From: Candidatus Tayloriibacteriota bacterium
GTDB taxonomy: Bacteria; Patescibacteriota; Minisyncoccia; Phycocordibacterales; PALSA-1337
DNA: 64,000 bases
Direction of reading: 5' to 3'
NCBI GenBank assembly: GCA_943350765.1
Contig: CALRAJ010000002.1
Location: 72,951 to 136,950, forward strand
Part shown: positions 59,738 through 64,000 of the stretch, in pieces
Position numbering within the stretch: the stretch's first letter is position 1
Layout of the letters: each line of letters begins with the position of its first letter
Notes under the pieces: generated by a model
The model's database searches: none
Seen by the model: only the letters and a program-made list of their open reading frames with translations
What the model was told of the DNA's origin: nothing
Position numbers and translations under genes: made by a program

Positions 59738-59822
59738 TGGTGCCGGGGAGAGGACTTGAACCTCCATGAGTTACCTCGCTTGCTCCTAAGGCAAGTGCGT
59801 CTGCCAATTTCGCCACCCCGGC
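59738..59822 (-). tRNA. tRNA-Leu(TAG)
   Basis: Cloverleaf, CTTGC-CTTAGGA-GCAAG, encoded CCA. Confidence 0.95.
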
Positions 59823-60118
59823 GTGTATTATCGAATTATTTCTATTGATTGTGGTCACGAATATTTTGCTCGCCGTCGCTCACAAAATTTCTCGACCCCG
59901 ACTCGTCAATATTTCTTGCTAGAAATATTGCTCCGTCTCGCACAAGTCTCAAAAAATCTACAGCCGTGTAAATTTTTATTTTTGTGGACCACAACTTTTT
60001 CACTTCGTGAACTCAGTGAAAAGTCGCAGCCCCCGCCTCCTTTCGCTCTGCTCCAGTCCGGCCCGCACATTGCAAAGAAAATTGTCGAGGATTGGGACAA
60101 TTTTTAATATTTGCAATG

Positions 60119-60191
60119 TGCGCCCAGTTGGAGTCGAACCAACGACCAATCGCTTAAGAGGCGAGTGCTCTACCAGCTGAGCTATGGGCGC
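60119..60191 (-). tRNA. tRNA-Lys(CTT)
   Basis: GCGCCCA acceptor, anticodon loop CTCTTAA. Confidence 0.93.
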
Positions 60192-60253
60192 AGGTATGAC
60201 TAGCGCCTAGAGAATATAACAAATTTTTATAGGATTGGCAATAAGGGATATTT

Positions 60254-60340
60254 TGGTGCTCGAGGTGGGAATCGAACCCACACGACCTTGCGGTCAACAG
60301 ATTTTAAGTCTGGCGCGTATACCAATTCCGCCACTCGAGC
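60254..60340 (-). tRNA. tRNA-Leu(TAA)
   Basis: GCTCGAG acceptor, loop CTTAAAA, long variable arm, encoded CCA. Confidence 0.95.
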
Positions 60341-60401
60341 GTGTAAGGCAGTTGTGTGTCAAATGACTAAAATATTTTGCGATTTAGCAAAATCTTTAGG
60401 G

Positions 60402-60475
60402 AGGCGTAGGCCGGGATCGAACCGGCGCATAACAGTTTTGCAGACTGTCGCGTTGACCAGCTTCGCCACTACGCC
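60402..60475 (-). tRNA. tRNA-Cys(GCA)
   Basis: GGCGTAG acceptor, ACAGT-CTGCAAA-ACTGT. Confidence 0.93.
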
Positions 60476-60496
60476 GTGGTTAGCGAGAGTATAGCA

Positions 60497-60823
60497 TTAT
60501 TGAGTATTATTTGAAATACGATCTATCTTTTGGCGGTTTTTCTCGCCACCATCTATAATAAAGTCAAAAAATGGTATTCGCATCAATCGAGAGTTATCCT
60601 TTACATATTGTCTAAACTCACTTCTTTTTCTTCTTACAAAATCAAGTACTCCCACCTCCTTGTTTTCAGGAAAAACCGAGAATAAAATCCTTGCACTTTT
60701 ACCATCGTCAGAAAGCAATACATCAGTAACAGTGATGAGAGAGATATGGTTGGACTCCATTTGTAGAAACTTTGCAGCAAGGCCCTTTATGATTTCTTTT
60801 ATTTTTTCATTGCGTACTTCCAT
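60497..60823 (-). CDS. rbfA: Ribosome-binding factor A
   Basis: ITVTDV.LS.D, RIPFFDFIID; downstream of infB. Confidence 0.85.
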   Translation of the reverse strand: MEVRNEKIKEIIKGLAAKFLQMESNHISLITVTDVLLSDDGKSARILFSVFPENKEVGVLDFVRRKRSEFRQYVKDNSRLMRIPFFDFIIDGGEKNRQKIDRISNNTQ

Positions 60824-60827
60824 GGGT

Positions 60828-62354
60828 TTATTTGGTTACTGTTCGATATGACTCTATTTTGTCGCCGATAGCTATCTCGGTTTTGGATTCTATCATGGTG
60901 CCAAATTCGTAGCCCATATTAACCTCCTCTGCACGGACTTTTTGCTGTTGGAGCTCCTTTATTTTGCCTCGCCCAATCTCCACATCTCGTCGCAATATTC
61001 GCACATCGCCTCCGAGAGTAACACTTCCTTCTTGGACTTTACCACCGAGTATTTGACGATCTTTATTTTTACTAAAGACACGAAGGATTTTAGCCTTACC
61101 TGTGCTTTCTTCTACCTGAATCTTTGGGGTACGCAGGGAGATGACTTCCTCAAGGTATTCTATGAGTTTGTAGATGATATTGTATAGCTCAACTTTTATT
61201 TCCATTCTTTCTATAGCACTTTGGGCCTTTGGATCAACTTTCACATTGAAGCCGAGTATGAGTGTTCCTGGGATACCGCTTGCTGCCTTGATGTCACTTT
61301 CAGAAATATCACCAACACCTTCATGGATAACTCTCACGACTACCACACTGTCTTTACCTCGTGCATCTGAAATCTTTTTAAATTCGTGATGAATTGCTTC
61401 TAGGCTACCACCAGCATCAGCTTTTATCACTATCGGTATAATGATTTTAGTATCATCAAACTGGGCATAAGTTTTTGACGGATTTATATTTTGTGTATTT
61501 TTATCTGCGTATGCATCCGCCTCCTTTTTAGTTGAAAAGGCATGAAAGAGCGCTCCTGCAACTGGCATCGTACAGAGACCGATTATTTTTATAGGCATTG
61601 ATGCGGTAGCTTGGGTTACATTTTTACCCTGAGCATTTTCGAGCATACGAATAGGGGATACTACTCCGTCTATCACAGCAAACATTTGAGTTTTGAGTTC
61701 ACCGTCTTTTACTATCAAGGTCGCTGAAACACCCTTCCTTTTGTCTAAGGTTGCTTCTAGTATTACGCCGTGGGTCTGACCCTGTGTATTTGCAGTAAGT
61801 CCTTCGAGGTCTGACATGAGTACAATCATGTCTAGTAGAGCAGGTATACCCTCGCCAGTGATAGCTGACACTGGGACAGCTGGTACAGTACCACCGTACC
61901 CCTCGATATATATTTCATTTTCAGCTAGAGCTTGTTTTGTCTTTTCAACATTTGCTCCCGGCTTATCTATTTTTGTCATTGCTACTATGTATGGAGTCTT
62001 GGTTTCCTGAATACATTTGAGTGCCTCTAGGGTTTGTTTTTTAACTCCATCCTCAGCTGATATTACAAGTATCGCGATGTCTGCTACATTTACACCTCGA
62101 GTACGAATACCACAAAACGCTTCGTGTCCAGGTGTGTCTAGGAAGGTAATAGTTTGAGGTTTTCCTGACTCATCTGCATGTGCGACTTCATAGGCACCGA
62201 GGTGTTGGGTAATCCCACCAGCCTCTTTGTCTGTAATATTTATTTTTTTGATATAGCCTAGGAGGGTGGATTTGCCATGATCAATATGACCCATGATAAC
62301 TACCACAGGTGGTCGAGGAGAGAGCGTCGGCTTTTGTGGGGTAGTTTTTTTCAT
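60828..62354 (-). CDS. infB: Translation initiation factor IF-2 (short form)
   Basis: [34 protein letters not shown]. Confidence 0.96.
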   Translation of the reverse strand: MKKTTPQKPTLSPRPPVVVIMGHIDHGKSTLLGYIKKINITDKEAGGITQHLGAYEVAHADESGKPQTITFLDTPGHEAFCGIRTRGVNVADIAILVISAEDGVKKQTLEALKCIQETKTPYIVAMTKIDKPGANVEKTKQALAENEIYIEGYGGTVPAVPVSAITGEGIPALLDMIVLMSDLEGLTANTQGQTHGVILEATLDKRKGVSATLIVKDGELKTQMFAVIDGVVSPIRMLENAQGKNVTQATASMPIKIIGLCTMPVAGALFHAFSTKKEADAYADKNTQNINPSKTYAQFDDTKIIIPIVIKADAGGSLEAIHHEFKKISDARGKDSVVVVRVIHEGVGDISESDIKAASGIPGTLILGFNVKVDPKAQSAIERMEIKVELYNIIYKLIEYLEEVISLRTPKIQVEESTGKAKILRVFSKNKDRQILGGKVQEGSVTLGGDVRILRRDVEIGRGKIKELQQQKVRAEEVNMGYEFGTMIESKTEIAIGDKIESYRTVTK

Positions 62355-62404
62355 TTAGGTAGATAAGTAATCGATACATCAGATTTCTATATTTTATTAT
62401 ATTC

Positions 62405-62878
62405 CTACTGACGAATAGTTTTTTTGGCCTCACTGATTGCTTCTTTTTCCTCTTTTGTAAGCTCGTATTCTGAGGCGTGCTTTTTTAAGGGCTTGGCAAA
62501 GATGCTACTGTGTTCACGGGTATAGATAGTAGATATGACTGCACCATCACCTTTTTCGTCTATAAGTGCTGTAGCAAAGCTCTGGTTGCCACCCGAGCCA
62601 GTGCCTTTGAATGGGTTGAAGCGTATTGTGTGTACGCTCTGGATACTTCTTCCTAATCGTTTTTCTACCCTGATTAAATACTCTTCCATACCTTTGCGAA
62701 AATCAGCGATTTCCTTTAATTCCCCTCGAAAGTGTTTGAGGGAGTCCTCGAGATTTTTTGCCCCTCCTCCTGCGAGTAGACGGTGAATGCGTATTTCCAA
62801 GCAAATGACCCAAATCAGAAGAAGTAGTACTATTACCCCAAGACCTATTTCTATAACTTGTGTAGTCTCAAAAATCAT
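62405..62878 (-). CDS. DUF4446-like single-TM protein
   Basis: RFNPF..GGNQSFATALID.KGDG, FAKPL. Confidence 0.8.
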   Translation of the reverse strand: MIFETTQVIEIGLGVIVLLLLIWVICLEIRIHRLLAGGGAKNLEDSLKHFRGELKEIADFRKGMEEYLIRVEKRLGRSIQSVHTIRFNPFKGTGSGGNQSFATALIDEKGDGAVISTIYTREHSSIFAKPLKKHASEYELTKEEKEAISEAKKTIRQ

Positions 62879-62965
62879 ACTATATAAGTGTACCATGTTT
62901 TTACAATTTTGCAAAAAGTGGAATACTGACTATAATGATGGAACTTATATATTTTAGCATTTATT

Positions 62966-63059
62966 TCTCCTTTTCTAAAGGAGGCAGCGAGTACTCTAGA
63001 CGGAGGATTTTAGAATCCAAATCCCTCGGCTAGCGCCTGCTCCCTTTAGGAAAGGGAGA
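62966..63059. repeat. Family E palindromic repeat, copy 2
   Basis: Matches 7141-7238. Confidence 0.8.
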
Positions 63060-63087
63060 ATCGATACGATTTCTGTAAGTGATGTAT

Positions 63088-64000
63088 ATGAAACAAGTCT
63101 ATCTAGATCACGCTTCGATAACACCTACTGACAAGCGGGTTTTTAGGATTATGAAAAAATATTACAGTGCGGAGTATGGCAATCCGTCATCTATTCATGG
63201 TGTGGGAGTTTCTTCAAAAAAGGTGGTAGATGAAGCCCGCAAAAAGTGTGCTCACTTTTTGCGGGCCCATGCAGATGAAATAATTTTCACCTCTTCTGGT
63301 ACCGAGTCCAATGTTTTAGCTATCGAAGGTGTTGTCCGTAAGCTATTAGAAAATGGCAGGGCATATACTGACATGCATGTCATTACTTCTCGGATAGAGC
63401 ATCAGTCGGTACTCGAGCCTGTTGCTCGTCTGGTACACCTCGGTGTAAAGGTGGATTATGTTAATGTGGATGAAAATGGGATTTTTGACCTTGTTGATTT
63501 GAAACATAAACTTCGACCAGAGACTGTACTAGTGTCGCTTATGACGGTAAATAATGAAATCGGTACAATACAGCCGATACGAGAGATTGCAAAGGTAATC
63601 AGACAGGCATGGACTCACGACTCACGACTCACGACTTTCGACTCGAAAATTGGGAATCGTAAACCGATTTTCCACACCGACGCTAGTCAGGCACCACTTT
63701 ACATTGAGCTAGATACGACAGTACTTGGAGTAGACATGATCACCCTCGATGGACATAAGGTTTACGGACCAAAGGGTATTGGCATGCTTTATCTAAAAAG
63801 AGGGACAGAGCTCAGTACAATAATCTCTGGTGGTGGGCAGGAAAGTGGTCTGCGCTCGGGTACCGAAAATGTCCCAGCGATTGCTGGTCTTGCTACGGCA
63901 TTTGAAATCGCTGAAAAAGAACGCGGTGGGGAGATCGATCGACTAGGTATGCTTCGCGACTACGCTATTTCAAAAATTCTTGCCCAGATTACGGGAGTAG
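63088..64000 (+). CDS. iscS: Cysteine desulfurase (IscS/NifS family), runs off the window end
   Basis: Hand translation: VYLDHASITP, GNPSSIH, FTSSGTESN, NNEIGTIQP, HTDASQ, GHKVYGPKG, RSGTEN; absent from the ORF track. Confidence 0.92.
   Translation, partial: MKQVYLDHASITPTDKRVFRIMKKYYSAEYGNPSSIHGVGVSSKKVVDEARKKCAHFLRAHADEIIFTSSGTESNVLAIEGVVRKLLENGRAYTDMHVITSRIEHQSVLEPVARLVHLGVKVDYVNVDENGIFDLVDLKHKLRPETVLVSLMTVNNEIGTIQPIREIAKVIRQAWTHDSRLTTFDSKIGNRKPIFHTDASQAPLYIELDTTVLGVDMITLDGHKVYGPKGIGMLYLKRGTELSTIISGGGQESGLRSGTENVPAIAGLATAFEIAEKERGGEIDRLGMLRDYAISKILAQITGV

Noticed and set aside
347-64000. Alternative genetic code (TGA=Gly, as in Gracilibacteria/Absconditabacteria)
   Set aside because: Long conserved genes translate fully in code 11, and TGA ends genes such as rsmI at the expected position.

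Overview
The window looks like a Patescibacteria (CPR, probably Parcubacteria) chromosome segment. This is inferred from the minimal IF-2, the ValRS lacking its C-terminal coiled coil, a degenerate HisRS paralog, tandem VirB2-like pilins, a free-standing LAGLIDADG gene and mostly leaderless genes. The housekeeping backbone comprises lepA, murC, rsmI, valS, tsaD, trxB-like, ftsZ, ftsA, ybeY, rpsU, lepB, pth, rpsA, gyrA, rbfA, infB and a partial iscS, plus 10 tRNA genes. Accessory content includes a small defence-like islet after tRNA-Gly (dinB, zeta toxin, GIY-YIG, HEPN), an IS630 element, at least five dispersed palindromic repeat/MITE families, a ~14 kb block of large secreted surface proteins and five pilin-like genes. 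The most interesting unexplained signals are: (1) two promoter-driven, highly base-paired intergenic RNAs (~14.3-14.7 kb and ~21.9-22.1 kb); (2) isolated GC-rich orphan genes with full sigma70 promoters and mostly Shine-Dalgarno sites in an otherwise leaderless genome, one ending in a Verrucomicrobia-like C-terminal domain; (3) two large adhesin/enzyme proteins sharing a C-terminal module ending GSFIEF; (4) antisense copies of tRNA 3' ends directly downstream of four tRNA genes. Everything was read by eye and no searches were run. Family names come from motif recognition, and several start codons were moved from the ORF track to the more plausible ATG.
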